64,000 bases of DNA from positions 15,101 through 79,100 of the forward strand of contig CAVSUL010000008.1 of assembly GCA_963731325.1 (NCBI GenBank), read 5' to 3'. The DNA comes from an uncultured Verrucomicrobiae bacterium (GTDB taxonomy: Bacteria > Verrucomicrobiota > Verrucomicrobiia > Chthoniobacterales > JAFAMB01). The notes beneath the pieces are model-generated. The model did not search any database. It had not been told where the DNA came from and was given only the letters and a program-made list of their open reading frames with translations. This document shows, piece by piece, positions 36,418-46,033 of the stretch. Positions within the stretch are counted from its first letter, which is position 1, and every line of letters starts with the position of its first letter. Position numbers and translations under genes: made by a program.

Positions 36418-37964
36418 GAGCGGATCGGTTCGACCGGCACGCGATGAGCCAAGCCGGTGGCGAGCTCCATCACCCCTTCCTGCGTGATTTGTGTGCCGCG
36501 GAGTTCGCCGCGCGCTTCGCCCGCCGCGAACACGATGCAGCGGTCAGCCAGTCGAAGCAGCTCCGGCAGTTCGGAGGTTTGCAGAATAACGGCAATACCC
36601 TTTTGCAAAAGACGATCGATCAGCGCGTAAATCTCGGCTTTCGCTCCGACGTCTACTCCGCGGGTCGGTTCGGCCAAAAGAAGAACCCGGCAGTTCCCGG
36701 CCAACGCCCGGGACAGAATTACTTTCTGCTGATTGCCGCCGCTGAGCCCGCTGATCCGCTGACCCGGGCGAATAAACCGGATACCAAGTTGTTGCTGGTA
36801 TTCGAGGGTTCTTTGACGTTCCGCGACCAGGTCGAGAATCCCGGGAAGCACTCTGGTTAATTGCGGCAACCGGCTGAGCGTTAAATTTTGTGCAACGGTT
36901 AGGTCAGGAAACAAGCCGTTCCGTTTGCGGTCATCGGGTACCAGCCCAATACCGGTCCGGATCGCTTGACGAGGGCGGGTCACTGATAGCGGACGTCCGT
37001 CGAGCAGGAGGGTTCCGGCAGAGAAACGCCGAAGCCCATAGAATGCTTCCATCAGCTCTGAACAACCGCTCCCCATCAAGCCGGCGAGGCCGAGCACTTC
37101 GCCCTCGCGTAACGTGAAGCTGACGTTGTTGACCACCCTCTGCTCAACCGTCACATTTCGTACCTCGAGCAGAACGGGACCGGGCGTTCGTTCCGGGCGA
37201 GTGCTCTGCACGAGGTCTCGCCCAACCATGGCCGCCACCACCTTTTGCTCGGTAATCGCAGATCGCCCTGCGGTCAGGATATGGCGCCCGTCGCGCAGCA
37301 CGGTAATCCGATCGGCGACGGAAAAGACTTCGGCCAGCCGATGAGAAACATAGAGCACAGACACGCCTTTCTCAGCGAGCGAATGCACGATCTCCAGCAA
37401 TCGCACAACCTCGCGTTCATTCAGAGAAGCGGTCGGTTCATCCATCACGATCACCCGCGCTTGGATCGAGAGTGCCCGCGCGATTTCGACCAACTGCTGT
37501 TGGCTGACCGAGAGTTCGCTAACGAGGGTCGCCGGATCGAGGTCGAGGTTGAGTGTTTGGAGAATCTCGCGCGTCTGACGCTTCATGGTCGCCCAATCAA
37601 TGGTCAGCCCGCGAATTGGTTCGCGGTTGATGAATACGTTTTCGGCGACGCTCAAATCCGGCAGCAAACTGAACTCTTGAAAGATCACTGAGATCCCGGC
37701 CCGTTGTGCGCTCAGTGGGTCGCGGAACGTGGTCGGCTTCTGATCCAGCAACACCCGACCCGTGCTGGGCTGCTGTACCCCGGCCAGGATGCTGATGATG
37801 GTCGATTTGCCCGCTCCGTTTTCTCCGACCAGGGCGTGTACCTCACCGGGAAGCAGGTCAAAGCTGACATTGTCGACGGCAAGCACCCCTGGAAAGCGCC
37901 GACTCAAGTTCTGGATGGCGAGAACGGGGGCCGCTGAGCTTAGGATCTTACGACTTGTTTTCAC
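36414..37964 (-). CDS. sugar ABC transporter ATP-binding protein (two-domain, CUT2)
   Basis: Walker A GENGAGKST and GLMGSGCSE, signature motifs LSVSQQQLVEIARAL and LSGGNQQKVILSRAL, Walker B VIVMDEPTASL and VLLLAEPTRGVD. Confidence 0.9.
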   Translation of the reverse strand: MKTSRKILSSAAPVLAIQNLSRRFPGVLAVDNVSFDLLPGEVHALVGENGAGKSTIISILAGVQQPSTGRVLLDQKPTTFRDPLSAQRAGISVIFQEFSLLPDLSVAENVFINREPIRGLTIDWATMKRQTREILQTLNLDLDPATLVSELSVSQQQLVEIARALSIQARVIVMDEPTASLNEREVVRLLEIVHSLAEKGVSVLYVSHRLAEVFSVADRITVLRDGRHILTAGRSAITEQKVVAAMVGRDLVQSTRPERTPGPVLLEVRNVTVEQRVVNNVSFTLREGEVLGLAGLMGSGCSELMEAFYGLRRFSAGTLLLDGRPLSVTRPRQAIRTGIGLVPDDRKRNGLFPDLTVAQNLTLSRLPQLTRVLPGILDLVAERQRTLEYQQQLGIRFIRPGQRISGLSGGNQQKVILSRALAGNCRVLLLAEPTRGVDVGAKAEIYALIDRLLQKGIAVILQTSELPELLRLADRCIVFAAGEARGELRGTQITQEGVMELATGLAHRVPVEPIRS

Positions 37965-37988
37965 TCTGGATGGGCGCGCTCAGAACTG

Positions 37989-39413
37989 CTAGCAGACCAA
38001 CACTGTCTCGACTCCCAGCAGTTTCCCCAGTTTGTCGATACGCCCGGCGATATGCCCAATCCCGACGGAGCAGTGATGGGCTGGGCCATGCGCGCTCCAT
38101 GCTTCGATAAAAGCGCGCGCGCCAATCGGGAATCGATATCGGCTATTCGTGTTCCCAATCTCCAGGATCGAGCCGCGTACCGATTCGGCGTGCGCAACGA
38201 GAAGTTGATAGCGACTGTCAGCGCTCTCCGCGACCGAGAGTAGCGTAACCGGGCCGTGCTTGACCGACATCTCGACCGACAATCCTTTGCCCGTTTTACC
38301 ATGGTAAACCGCCAGTGGTCGCACTTTGGTTTTGCCCTCGGCAATCGCAATGTGGCCGGGCCCGTCGTGACCCATTAGAATAACGTCGTCTTTGAAATCC
38401 ATCGCGTAGTATTCGGTGAACGATCCTCCCACTCCGAAGCTGTCGAGGATCTTCATGGCGTACGAGTTCTTTACCTCGTACTCACCGGCCACCGGGACAC
38501 CGCGCGCGGTCAGCAGCGAGTTGCCTAGAATGATCGAACTCATCGTCTCATCGTGTTCCGGGTTGCCCGCACCGGAATAGAAATAAGCGAGGGAACCAAG
38601 TTCATGCCCTTCAACCAAACGATCGAGCGCAATCGACGTTCGCGCAGCCTGTTCGAGCTCTTCTGAACCGCAATCGGCCTGAATCTCGAAATGCTTGCGG
38701 AACTCTGCGAGCCGCTCGCCAATCTCTGACTGATCTATCCGCCGCCGGAGCGCCGCCAGTTCTTCGACCTCGATCAGTTCCGTATGTCCGCCGAAAGTCG
38801 CACAGAGCTGGGTGACGTCGGAGTAGATATCCAGCATCCCTCCGTAGTAGTGGCCCATCAGGCCAAGGCGATTGTGAGATAAAATAGACGCGACGCGCGC
38901 TGCTTCAATCCAATCGTCGATCTGGTTCCAACAGAACGGGTCGTCTTCAATCACTCCGGTAACCTGATGAAACTTGATACCCGTCCTGGTAAAGACATTG
39001 GCGATTTCCGGAACCGGGCAGGCCGAACAAAATGCTAACCATCCTGCGGTCATTGCGGTTCGGTCAGCCAAACGATTGAAGCTGGCATAATCAATGGCCG
39101 GGGCCGGTGCGAGGTTCAGGATGATCACCGGAACCCGGGCCCGCTGAACCACCGGGAGAACGGTGGAAGAGAGCGAGTACGTCGTGACATACAGAAAGAT
39201 CAGGTCAACGTCCTCCCGCCGCATTCGATGCCCCGCTGCCAACGCTTTTTTCGGGTTATCAATCAGCCCGAGATTGACGAGTTCAATTCCCGGGCGGTGC
39301 AAACGACGACATACAGATTGTAATTGCTCTTCCAATCTGTCCTTGAGCCCGACGAATTGCCCCCAATAAGTATCTAATCCGATGCCGAACAGGCCGATGC
39401 GCAGGGGGAACAT
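37989..39413 (-). CDS. L-arabinose/L-fucose isomerase family protein
   Basis: Reads MFPLRIGLFGIGLDTYWGQF..VDLIFLYVTTY..MGHYYGGMLDIYSD.. with tail ..AHGPAHHCSVGIGH... The start is set at ATG 39413. Confidence 0.7.
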   Translation of the reverse strand: MFPLRIGLFGIGLDTYWGQFVGLKDRLEEQLQSVCRRLHRPGIELVNLGLIDNPKKALAAGHRMRREDVDLIFLYVTTYSLSSTVLPVVQRARVPVIILNLAPAPAIDYASFNRLADRTAMTAGWLAFCSACPVPEIANVFTRTGIKFHQVTGVIEDDPFCWNQIDDWIEAARVASILSHNRLGLMGHYYGGMLDIYSDVTQLCATFGGHTELIEVEELAALRRRIDQSEIGERLAEFRKHFEIQADCGSEELEQAARTSIALDRLVEGHELGSLAYFYSGAGNPEHDETMSSIILGNSLLTARGVPVAGEYEVKNSYAMKILDSFGVGGSFTEYYAMDFKDDVILMGHDGPGHIAIAEGKTKVRPLAVYHGKTGKGLSVEMSVKHGPVTLLSVAESADSRYQLLVAHAESVRGSILEIGNTNSRYRFPIGARAFIEAWSAHGPAHHCSVGIGHIAGRIDKLGKLLGVETVLVC

Positions 39414-39498
39414 AGCCGCAAAGTTAGCGCCGAACGCGAAAATTCGGAATCGACAGACTGACAAAAAGCATACAAAAAATGACGAGTTCAGATCTCTG

Positions 39499-40374
39499 GT
39501 GCAAAACTATTTTATTTATCTACCTGACCGCCGGGAACAGGACCCGTGGGACTGTGTGGCGACCTCGGCCGGCTTTACCAAAGTGCATGCCAAAAGCCTC
39601 TATCCGCCGGTCCGCCACCCGGTCGATCATCATTTCAGCTGGGAAGACGGACGGGTACTGCAAGCGTACCAGATCGTTTATGTGGTCGAGGGCCTGGGCT
39701 ACTTTGAGTCTGAGGCAACCAACGGTCGAATAAGAATCAAGCCGGGTACGGTCATTTTGCTCTTTCCGGGTATTCGCCACCGCTACGCGCCTGACCGCGA
39801 GGCGGGCTGGACCGAGCACTGGATCGAATGCCGGGGTCGATGTTTTGATCGCGCATGTGAAATGGCGATCATTCGCCCGGAGCGACCGGTGCTCCGGGTG
39901 GGGATTTCTCCAGATCTGCTCTCCTGTTTTCAGCGCTGTCATGCCTTGGCTCAGCGCCGCGGACTGAATGACCAGGCGATGCTCTCGACGCTCGGCCTGC
40001 ATCTGCTTTCAATCCTGCAGGCAAGTTCCAGGACGCGCGATCAAACATCGCGACGAATCGATGAGGTTGTCCAGGAAGCGCAATTCCTGATCGAGCGAAC
40101 TTATCAGAGGATGGCTAACCTCGAGCAGTTCGCACTGGAATTAAAGGTCAGTTATTCGTCCCTTCGCCAGGCGTTTAAGACACGGACAGGCCTGAGCCCG
40201 AAGCAATACCAACTTCAGATCCGGCTCCAGAAAGCGCAGGAATTTCTTCTGAACACATCGAAGTCGGTGAAAGAGATCGCGGAGATTCTCGGATTCGACT
40301 CGGCGTATCATCTCTCGAATCAGTTTAAGAAATACTTAGGAGTGGCGCCGAGCATCTGGAAAGCGCGGAGTTGA
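39499..40374 (+). CDS. AraC-family transcriptional regulator
   Basis: Cupin-like N-domain and C-terminal AraC HTH (..SLRQAFKTRTGLSPKQYQLQIRLQKAQEFL..IAEILGFDSAYHLSNQFKKYLGVAP..). The start is uncertain (GTG 39499). The longest ORF start, 39382, would overlap the divergent isomerase gene. Confidence 0.8.
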   Translation: MQNYFIYLPDRREQDPWDCVATSAGFTKVHAKSLYPPVRHPVDHHFSWEDGRVLQAYQIVYVVEGLGYFESEATNGRIRIKPGTVILLFPGIRHRYAPDREAGWTEHWIECRGRCFDRACEMAIIRPERPVLRVGISPDLLSCFQRCHALAQRRGLNDQAMLSTLGLHLLSILQASSRTRDQTSRRIDEVVQEAQFLIERTYQRMANLEQFALELKVSYSSLRQAFKTRTGLSPKQYQLQIRLQKAQEFLLNTSKSVKEIAEILGFDSAYHLSNQFKKYLGVAPSIWKARS

Positions 40375-40488
40375 AGGACGAATGCGCCGCTTCGTAGCGC
40401 GAAAGGCCCCGGGCGTGTCGGACTTTGGGCGCTCTCTGGGTGCTATGCCGGAAACTGCCTCTGACTAGACTCCAACAGGATGTGCGTC

Positions 40489-40653
40489 TTGGAGTGCGCC
40501 TCTCCTGCGGCGCTTTCAGATCGCGCTAGAGCACGGCATCATACCTCAAACGGATACATTCACGACTAACCCGGGGTACTACGTAGCTCTATTCGGTTGC
40601 GTTTTGCCGCGCTCCGCGCAGTCTCAAGGCGCCGCAGGAGAGGCGCACTCCAA
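40489..40653. repeat. inverted-repeat element, variant of family A
   Basis: Arm cttggagtgcgcctctcctgcggcgctttcagatcgcgc (40489-40530) pairs with gcgctccgcgcagtctcaaggcgccgcaggagaggcgcactccaag (40607-40653). Confidence 0.85.
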
Positions 40654-40720
40654 GACCCGCCAAAGGACGACGGGTGAACTGGCGCCGCGCTCCGCGCAGC
40701 GACCGCTGCTACACTCGCGG

Positions 40721-41092
40721 ATGTTTTCCAAACCTGGGATCCTTCTTCGCCTTGAGGGTGGGTGTGTCTTAGCCCTGAGCATTCTTTTTTACCGAGAAAT
40801 ACACGCCAGTTGGATCCTGTTGGTGGTGTTGTTTCTCGCGCCTGATCTAGCGATGCTCGGATATCTCCGCGCCATCCGGATCGGGACGATCTTATACAAC
40901 CTGGTGCACACGTTAATCGGACCGCTTCTCCTTATAGCGGGTGGGGTTTTGTCAAAATCGCTTTGGTTATTGCCCTATGGGCTGATCTGGACGGCGCATA
41001 TCGGACTCGATCGAATGCTTAACTTCGGTCTCAAGTACCCGACGCGCTTCAACGACACCCATTTGCAAAGAGTGGCTACTTCCGGCCCCTAG
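40721..41092 (+). CDS. DUF4260-like small membrane protein
   Basis: Reads ..LLRLEGGCVLALSILFY..LFLAPDLAMLGY..ILYNLVHTLIGP..WTAHIGLDRMLNFGLKYPT.. with 3-4 TM segments. The start is set at ATG 40721, downstream of the repeat. Confidence 0.55.
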   Translation: MFSKPGILLRLEGGCVLALSILFYREIHASWILLVVLFLAPDLAMLGYLRAIRIGTILYNLVHTLIGPLLLIAGGVLSKSLWLLPYGLIWTAHIGLDRMLNFGLKYPTRFNDTHLQRVATSGP

Positions 41093-41094
41093 CC

Positions 41095-41317
41095 CGATTT
41101 TAGGCGGCGGCCAGTTAGCCGGCCAGGTTGAGGCGACTTTCTCAAAGCCGTACTTCTCGCGGATCGGACGGCTGGTGCCTAATGCGTCCACGCGAAAATA
41201 GCGAACCGCTCTACGCTGCCTGGCGTATTGAATACGAGCTGCTAACAGCGCTCGGTAAACTCCGCGTCCCCGAAATTCGGGAAGAACACTCCTTGCGAAG
41301 GTTTGGTTTAGCGACGG
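41095..41317 (-). pseudogene. GNAT-family acetyltransferase C-terminal remnant
   Basis: Minus strand reads *PSLNQTFARSVLPEFRGRGVYRALLAARIQYARQRRAVRYFRVDALGTSRPIREKYGFEKV.., i.e. GNAT motif A (R/Q-x-x-G-x-G) and the ..Y.K.GF tail. An in-frame stop lies just upstream and there is no N-terminal half. Confidence 0.5.
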
Positions 41318-41367
41318 CTAAGCACAGCTTCGGTTGAAAACCGGAAACGGGAAACCTAGAATGAGCT

Positions 41368-41811
41368 ATGAACTATGTTCCCCTTATCAGCTCAGGTGTG
41401 GCCGGACCGCTCGGCGTTATTCATCTGCCCAGGCTCTGGCAAAAAGTCTCGCTCGAAAGCAAAGGATTGCTCTGTGAAGGGTACCCGGGTATCGGAGCCG
41501 GCTTCGATAGCATGGTGTTGAAGGCGCTCAACCTGGAACCGGAACGGGTCCGGCACTACATCAAGACCGAGAAGCCGACCTACCTGCAGTTCGAACATTG
41601 GGTCAAAAATCAGCCTGGCACGAAAGTGGATCGATCCAGCATCGAAGCAAGCAACCAAGCGATTCGGTCTTATCTACATTCGGACGAGACGCGGCGCGGA
41701 ATCTTGAAGGCTTGCGGCGTCTCCGGTGACGATCCGGAACTGCCGCGCGATGCGGCAAGCCTGAACAACCTGGAAGATTGGGCAGAGTTCCATACCCGCG
41801 TCCTCAGCTGA
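41368..41811 (+). CDS. DUF5069-like protein
   Basis: Pattern ..GPLGVIHLPRLWQKVSLESKGLL.EGYPGIGAGFDSMVLKALNLEPERVRHYI..YLQFEHWV.. matches my memory of that family. Confidence 0.5.
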   Translation: MNYVPLISSGVAGPLGVIHLPRLWQKVSLESKGLLCEGYPGIGAGFDSMVLKALNLEPERVRHYIKTEKPTYLQFEHWVKNQPGTKVDRSSIEASNQAIRSYLHSDETRRGILKACGVSGDDPELPRDAASLNNLEDWAEFHTRVLS

Positions 41812-41876
41812 CGCGTGAGGCAATCGTAAATCGCAGATCGCGGATCGAAAAAAGGAACCGCCCACGCGAGCGCGTT

Positions 41877-42038
41877 TTGGAGTGCGTGCGACTTGTCGCC
41901 GCTTTAGGATTCGCGCGGAGCGCGAGTGGCCAGAGGATGGACCCACAAGCCTGGTGTTCCTTGGCGGAAGGTCTGCTCTGTTGAAGGCCGCGCTCCGCGC
42001 GGTCTCAAAGCGGCGACAAGTCGTACGCACTCCAAAAC
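41877..42038. repeat. family A inverted-repeat element (about 48-bp arms, about 62-bp spacer)
   Basis: Arm ttggagtgcgtgcgacttgtcgccgctttaggattcgcgcggagcgcg pairs with cgcgctccgcgcggtctcaaagcggcgacaagtcgtacgcactccaa. Confidence 0.9.
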
Positions 42039-42383
42039 GCTTCGGTGCGAACTAGCGGCTCGTCGCCGGCCAAACCGCTTTTCAAGAAGCGCGGTGGCGA
42101 CAAACGCGGCGCCCAGCGGAACAGTGCCGATCAGATGCCATAGTACCGGGTGATCAGAACAGGCGGCGGCAATGGTCATCATGAACAGCAGCGTCAAGGT
42201 GAAAGAAGAAGCAGTAACGTCACTCCGGATCCGATCGGATCGTCGCCTTTCGGCTATCGGCGGATTGAGAAAACTGCTGGTCATCGAATGAATCTTCCGT
42301 TTGGTTTCAAGCAGACGACGAACGAACGCTCCGACTCAGGACAGCAAAAAAAACGGTAAACCGCCGAAATACACATGACGGTC

Positions 42384-42409
42384 ACTAGCACTGGCACTGG
42401 CACTGGCAG
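42384..42409. repeat. hexamer tandem array (CACTGG/GGCACT) abutting a start codon
   Basis: Sequence cactag cactgg cactgg cactgg cagc, ending 2 nt before ATG 42412. Confidence 0.85.
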
Positions 42410-42411
42410 CG

Positions 42412-44235
42412 ATGAATAAAAGAACCTTCCTCAGGCGCCTCGCCGCGCTCCCTTTTCTGCATCTCCTCTTGCGGCACCTTCCGGCGTCGATGCAAGCGGC
42501 TGTGCTCGGCTCCTCCACTCGACGTGTGCGCCCTTCCGATCGAACCTGGCCAACGGCCGAAAGCTGGGACAAGCTGAACCAAGACGTTGGAGGGCGTCTG
42601 ATGAAAGTGCCGTCCCCTTTCGCTGCTTGCGAATCCGCAGCGGATAGTGCCGCCTGTCAGGAGGTCCTCAAGAATTTACAAAACCCTTACTACGTCGGAG
42701 ACCAGCCTGGCGCCACGCAAACAACCGGGTGGGTCGATGCATGGAGCTCAGCGCCGAGCGCGTACGCAGTTGCGGCGAGCAATACCGCTGACGTTGTTGC
42801 AGCCGTTAACTTTGCCCGTCAGAACAATCTGCGTCTCGTCGTCAAAGGCGGTGGCCACAGCTATCAAGGCACCTCCAATGCAGCAGACTCTCTGCTGATC
42901 TGGACGCGGGCAATGAGCAACATCATCATGCACGACGCTTTCGTCGGCCGGGGTTGCGAGGGTAGTCAGGTCCAGCAGCCAGCTGTCACGATAGAGGCAG
43001 GGGCGATGTGGATGGACGCCTACAATGTCGTGACCACCATGAATGGCCGCTACGTCCAGGGCGGCGGCTGCTTAACCGTCGGTGTCATTGGACTCATTCA
43101 AGGTGGCGGTTTCGGAAGCTTTTCGAAGAACTATGGTATGGCCGCGGCAGGACTGCTTGAAGCCGAGATTGTAACTGCTGACGGCGAAGTGCGCATCGCC
43201 AATGCCTGCACAAATCCCGACTTGTTTTGGGCGATCAAAGGTGGAGGAGGAGGCAGCTTTGGCGTCGTCACCAGGGTCACCCTCAGGACGCTCGAGCTTC
43301 CAGCGTTTATCGGCGTGGTCAATGCGACAATCAAGGTTCCCTCGGATACCGCGTTTCGCCGGCTGATCAGCCAATTCATCAGCTTCTATCACGACAGTCT
43401 TTTCAATCCGCACTGGGGCGAAACTGTTGCTTTTCGACAGGACAATACCCTGGCCGTAACGATGTTATTTCAAGGTCTCGACAAGCAACAGGCAGAGAAT
43501 GTCTGGCAGCCATTCCTGGAGTGGGTGGCCGGATCGCCCCTCGAGTTCAGCTTGGCGGCGGCTCCAACAATCGTGAGCCTGCCCGCTCGGAAACACTGGG
43601 ACGCAGAGTTTCTGAGGAAGAACTTGCCTGGCTTGGTGTTTGCCGACCAACGGTCGGGCGCGCCTGAAACTCATGTGTGGTGGGCGAGCAACCAAGGCGA
43701 GGTGGGGAAGTTCTGGCACGGCTATGAGTCGCTCTGGCTACCCGCTTCGCTGCTGGAAAAGGAACAGCAGCAGTCGCTCGCCGACGCAATCTTCGGGAGC
43801 AGCCGGCATTGGACGGTCGCCTTGCATTTCAATAAAGGATTGGCCGGCGCGCCGACCGATGCCGTAGCGGCCGCCAAAGATACCGCGATGAATCCCGCGG
43901 TAGTGGACGCCTTTGCTCTGGCAATTATAGGTGGCGGAGGTCCACCGGCGTACCCTGGTATTCCTGGCCATGAGCCGGATTTGGCGGTCGCACGCAAACA
44001 TGCTGCCAAGATTGCCTCGTCGATGGCTGAACTACGGAAGATCGCACCAGACGCTGGGTCTTATGTCGCAGAGAGCAACTTTTTCCAGCAGTCGTGGCAA
44101 CAGTCCTTTTGGGGGACGAACTACCCGAGATTGCGCGCAGTGAAGGCTACGTATGATCCCGCCGGACTTTTCTTCGTCCATCACGGAGTGGGTAGCGAAG
44201 AATGGAGTGCGGATGGTTTCACGCGCTCGTCCTGA
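42412..44235 (+). CDS. FAD-binding oxidoreductase with berberine-bridge-enzyme-like C-terminus; possible Tat signal
   Basis: Reads MNKRTFLRRLAALPFL.., has the PCMH-type FAD motif ..RLVVKGGGHSYQGTS.. and the tail ..YDPAGLFFVHHGVGSEEW... Confidence 0.8.
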   Translation: MNKRTFLRRLAALPFLHLLLRHLPASMQAAVLGSSTRRVRPSDRTWPTAESWDKLNQDVGGRLMKVPSPFAACESAADSAACQEVLKNLQNPYYVGDQPGATQTTGWVDAWSSAPSAYAVAASNTADVVAAVNFARQNNLRLVVKGGGHSYQGTSNAADSLLIWTRAMSNIIMHDAFVGRGCEGSQVQQPAVTIEAGAMWMDAYNVVTTMNGRYVQGGGCLTVGVIGLIQGGGFGSFSKNYGMAAAGLLEAEIVTADGEVRIANACTNPDLFWAIKGGGGGSFGVVTRVTLRTLELPAFIGVVNATIKVPSDTAFRRLISQFISFYHDSLFNPHWGETVAFRQDNTLAVTMLFQGLDKQQAENVWQPFLEWVAGSPLEFSLAAAPTIVSLPARKHWDAEFLRKNLPGLVFADQRSGAPETHVWWASNQGEVGKFWHGYESLWLPASLLEKEQQQSLADAIFGSSRHWTVALHFNKGLAGAPTDAVAAAKDTAMNPAVVDAFALAIIGGGGPPAYPGIPGHEPDLAVARKHAAKIASSMAELRKIAPDAGSYVAESNFFQQSWQQSFWGTNYPRLRAVKATYDPAGLFFVHHGVGSEEWSADGFTRSS

Positions 44236-44254
44236 AGGATTTGATCAAGACACC

Positions 44255-44412
44255 TTGGAGTGCGTGCGACTTGTCGCCGCTTTCAGACCGCGCGGAGCGC
44301 GGCCGCCGGCCGAGGGACCAACCACGATGCGCTGAATTTGCCCGAAAAAGAACGCTTCATTAGCGAGCGCGCTCCGCGCGGTCTCAAAGCGGCGACAAGT
44401 CGCACGCACTCC
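44255..44412. repeat. family A inverted-repeat element
   Basis: Arms at 44255-44302 and 44366-44412. Followed by the duplicated ccataacgct. Confidence 0.9.
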
Positions 44413-44708
44413 ATAACGCTCCATAACGCTCCTTCCCGAACTTCCAGGCGCTGCTTGACCCATTCACCGTGATCCGGTTCCTTTGTTGGATCCCTATTTC
44501 CACGGACCAGCTTATCGAAAAAGATCGCCGCATGGCCTACGCACTCGCCCGCATCGGCCTGGGTCTGAACATCGCCGGGCATGGGTTTTCGCGACTTCCG
44601 CACATCCCGGAATTCGGCCACGATGATCTTCACTGCCCCCGGAGAGGCTTGGCAGATGGGAAAACGTTGTTGTCCCACCTCTTTCTTCGCGGCCCCAGGG
44701 GCTGGAAC

Positions 44709-45818
44709 TCAGGCGACCAGAACCTCTTTCCCCAGCTGGCTCGACCGGTAAATCGCGTCAAGTATTTCCATGAGTTGAATCGCCTGGCTCGAGCTGTTCA
44801 CGGCAGGTTCGTCACCGCGAATCGCGAGAAGGAAATTCCGATCTTGCTCACTGAATTCGTAGGCTCGAAGAGCGTCGCCCCGGAGGTTCTCGACTTCAAT
44901 CGGACGCTTCACCACGGCCCCGTCTTGGTCTTCGAAGAACGAGAGTGCCGAGGGACAGGTACTCGAATCGACATTGAATACGTCCGTAACTTTCAACGAT
45001 CCTTTCGGCCCGTAAGTGGTTGTTGAAAACAGGGAGCGGCCGCGCTGTGGACTGAGTGGAATGTCATCGGTGAGGTTCGCGGCCCAGCTGGTCTTGAACA
45101 GTAAAGTCGCCCCGTTCTCGAATCGAATCATTCCGTAAGCGTTATCTTCTACATCAAAAGTCTTGTTCTTAACCAGTTGGGGAAATTTCTGGTAGGTCTG
45201 GGCCGAAATTGCTCGCGGCTGCGGAGTTCCCATGAGGTACCAGGCGGCATCGATTGCGTGTATGCCGAGATCGATCACGACGCCTCCGCCCGCCTTCGAT
45301 CGCTCGGTGAACCAGCCGTCCAAGCCGGTGGGAGTGCCCCGCGACCTGACCCAGAAGGTCTCCGCAAAGTAGATCTCGCCTAACCGGCGCTCTGCGACAA
45401 TTCTTTTGGCCGTTTGCATCGCCGGGGAAAAGCGCATCTGGCGCCCGAAGTAATAAAGCAGTCCTCGTTTTTGCGCTTCTTCGTGGAGCGTCCGCATTTG
45501 CGCGGCGTTCATCGTTGGCGGTTTTTCGCACAACACATGCTTTCCGGCCTGTAGAGCTTTCAACGAACAAGGGTAGTGTAGAGAGTTCGGCAGGCTGATC
45601 ACGATAGCGTCCACGTCACGATCCATCAGCATTTCATCGAAGGACGTGAAAGTGTGCGTTGGTTCAAATCTCGCGGCGAAAGCCTTGAGTCGTTCGGCAT
45701 TCAGATCGCAGATGGAATGAACCGTTCCCAGCGATGATTCATTGATCGCTTCTGCATGACGTTCTCCCGGCCAACCCAGGCCGACGAGTCCGACGAGAAT
45801 GGAAGATGAGGCAGCCAT
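44709..45818 (-). CDS. Gfo/Idh/MocA-family oxidoreductase
   Basis: Rossmann start MAASSSILVGLVGLGWPGERHA.. and ..HVLCEKPP... The start is set at ATG 45818; the longest-ORF ATG 45845 lies inside the heptamer array. Confidence 0.8.
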   Translation of the reverse strand: MAASSSILVGLVGLGWPGERHAEAINESSLGTVHSICDLNAERLKAFAARFEPTHTFTSFDEMLMDRDVDAIVISLPNSLHYPCSLKALQAGKHVLCEKPPTMNAAQMRTLHEEAQKRGLLYYFGRQMRFSPAMQTAKRIVAERRLGEIYFAETFWVRSRGTPTGLDGWFTERSKAGGGVVIDLGIHAIDAAWYLMGTPQPRAISAQTYQKFPQLVKNKTFDVEDNAYGMIRFENGATLLFKTSWAANLTDDIPLSPQRGRSLFSTTTYGPKGSLKVTDVFNVDSSTCPSALSFFEDQDGAVVKRPIEVENLRGDALRAYEFSEQDRNFLLAIRGDEPAVNSSSQAIQLMEILDAIYRSSQLGKEVLVA

Positions 45819-45830
45819 CCCCCAATTAAG

Positions 45831-45928
45831 TCGGTAATCAGTCATCAGTCATCAGTCATCGGTCATCGGCCATGGGTCATCGGCCATCGGCCATCGGTCA
45901 TCAGCCACCGGTCATCGGCCATCGGCCG
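45831..45928. repeat. heptamer tandem array (TCRGYCA; ATGACYG on the minus strand), 14 units
   Basis: Units: tcggtaa tcagtca tcagtca tcagtca tcggtca tcggcca tgggtca tcggcca tcggcca tcggtca tcagcca ccggtca tcggcca tcggccg. Confidence 0.9.
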
Positions 45929-46033
45929 ACCGAGCGTGCGACCCGTCACAAAAAGTTTGAATGAGACTTTGCCAGGCTCCGTCTGCAGCTTGTAATCTCG
46001 CTATCGCGAAGTATCGACACACGGTTTTACCCT

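Noticed and set aside
41904-42284. 126-aa minus-strand ORF with two hydrophobic segments
   Set aside because: The C-terminal third is a translation of the family A repeat (..VLECVRLVAAL..). No family resemblance or RBS was found. It may be a small membrane protein whose end was replaced, but the support is too weak to list it as a feature.
44469-45026. 185-aa plus-strand ORF whose internal segment MAYALARIGLGLNIAGHGFSRLPHIPEF resembles a DoxX-family N-terminus
   Set aside because: Only about 28 residues look DoxX-like, and no transmembrane continuation exists in any frame. The rest overlaps the convergent Gfo gene antisense. At most it is a tiny remnant.
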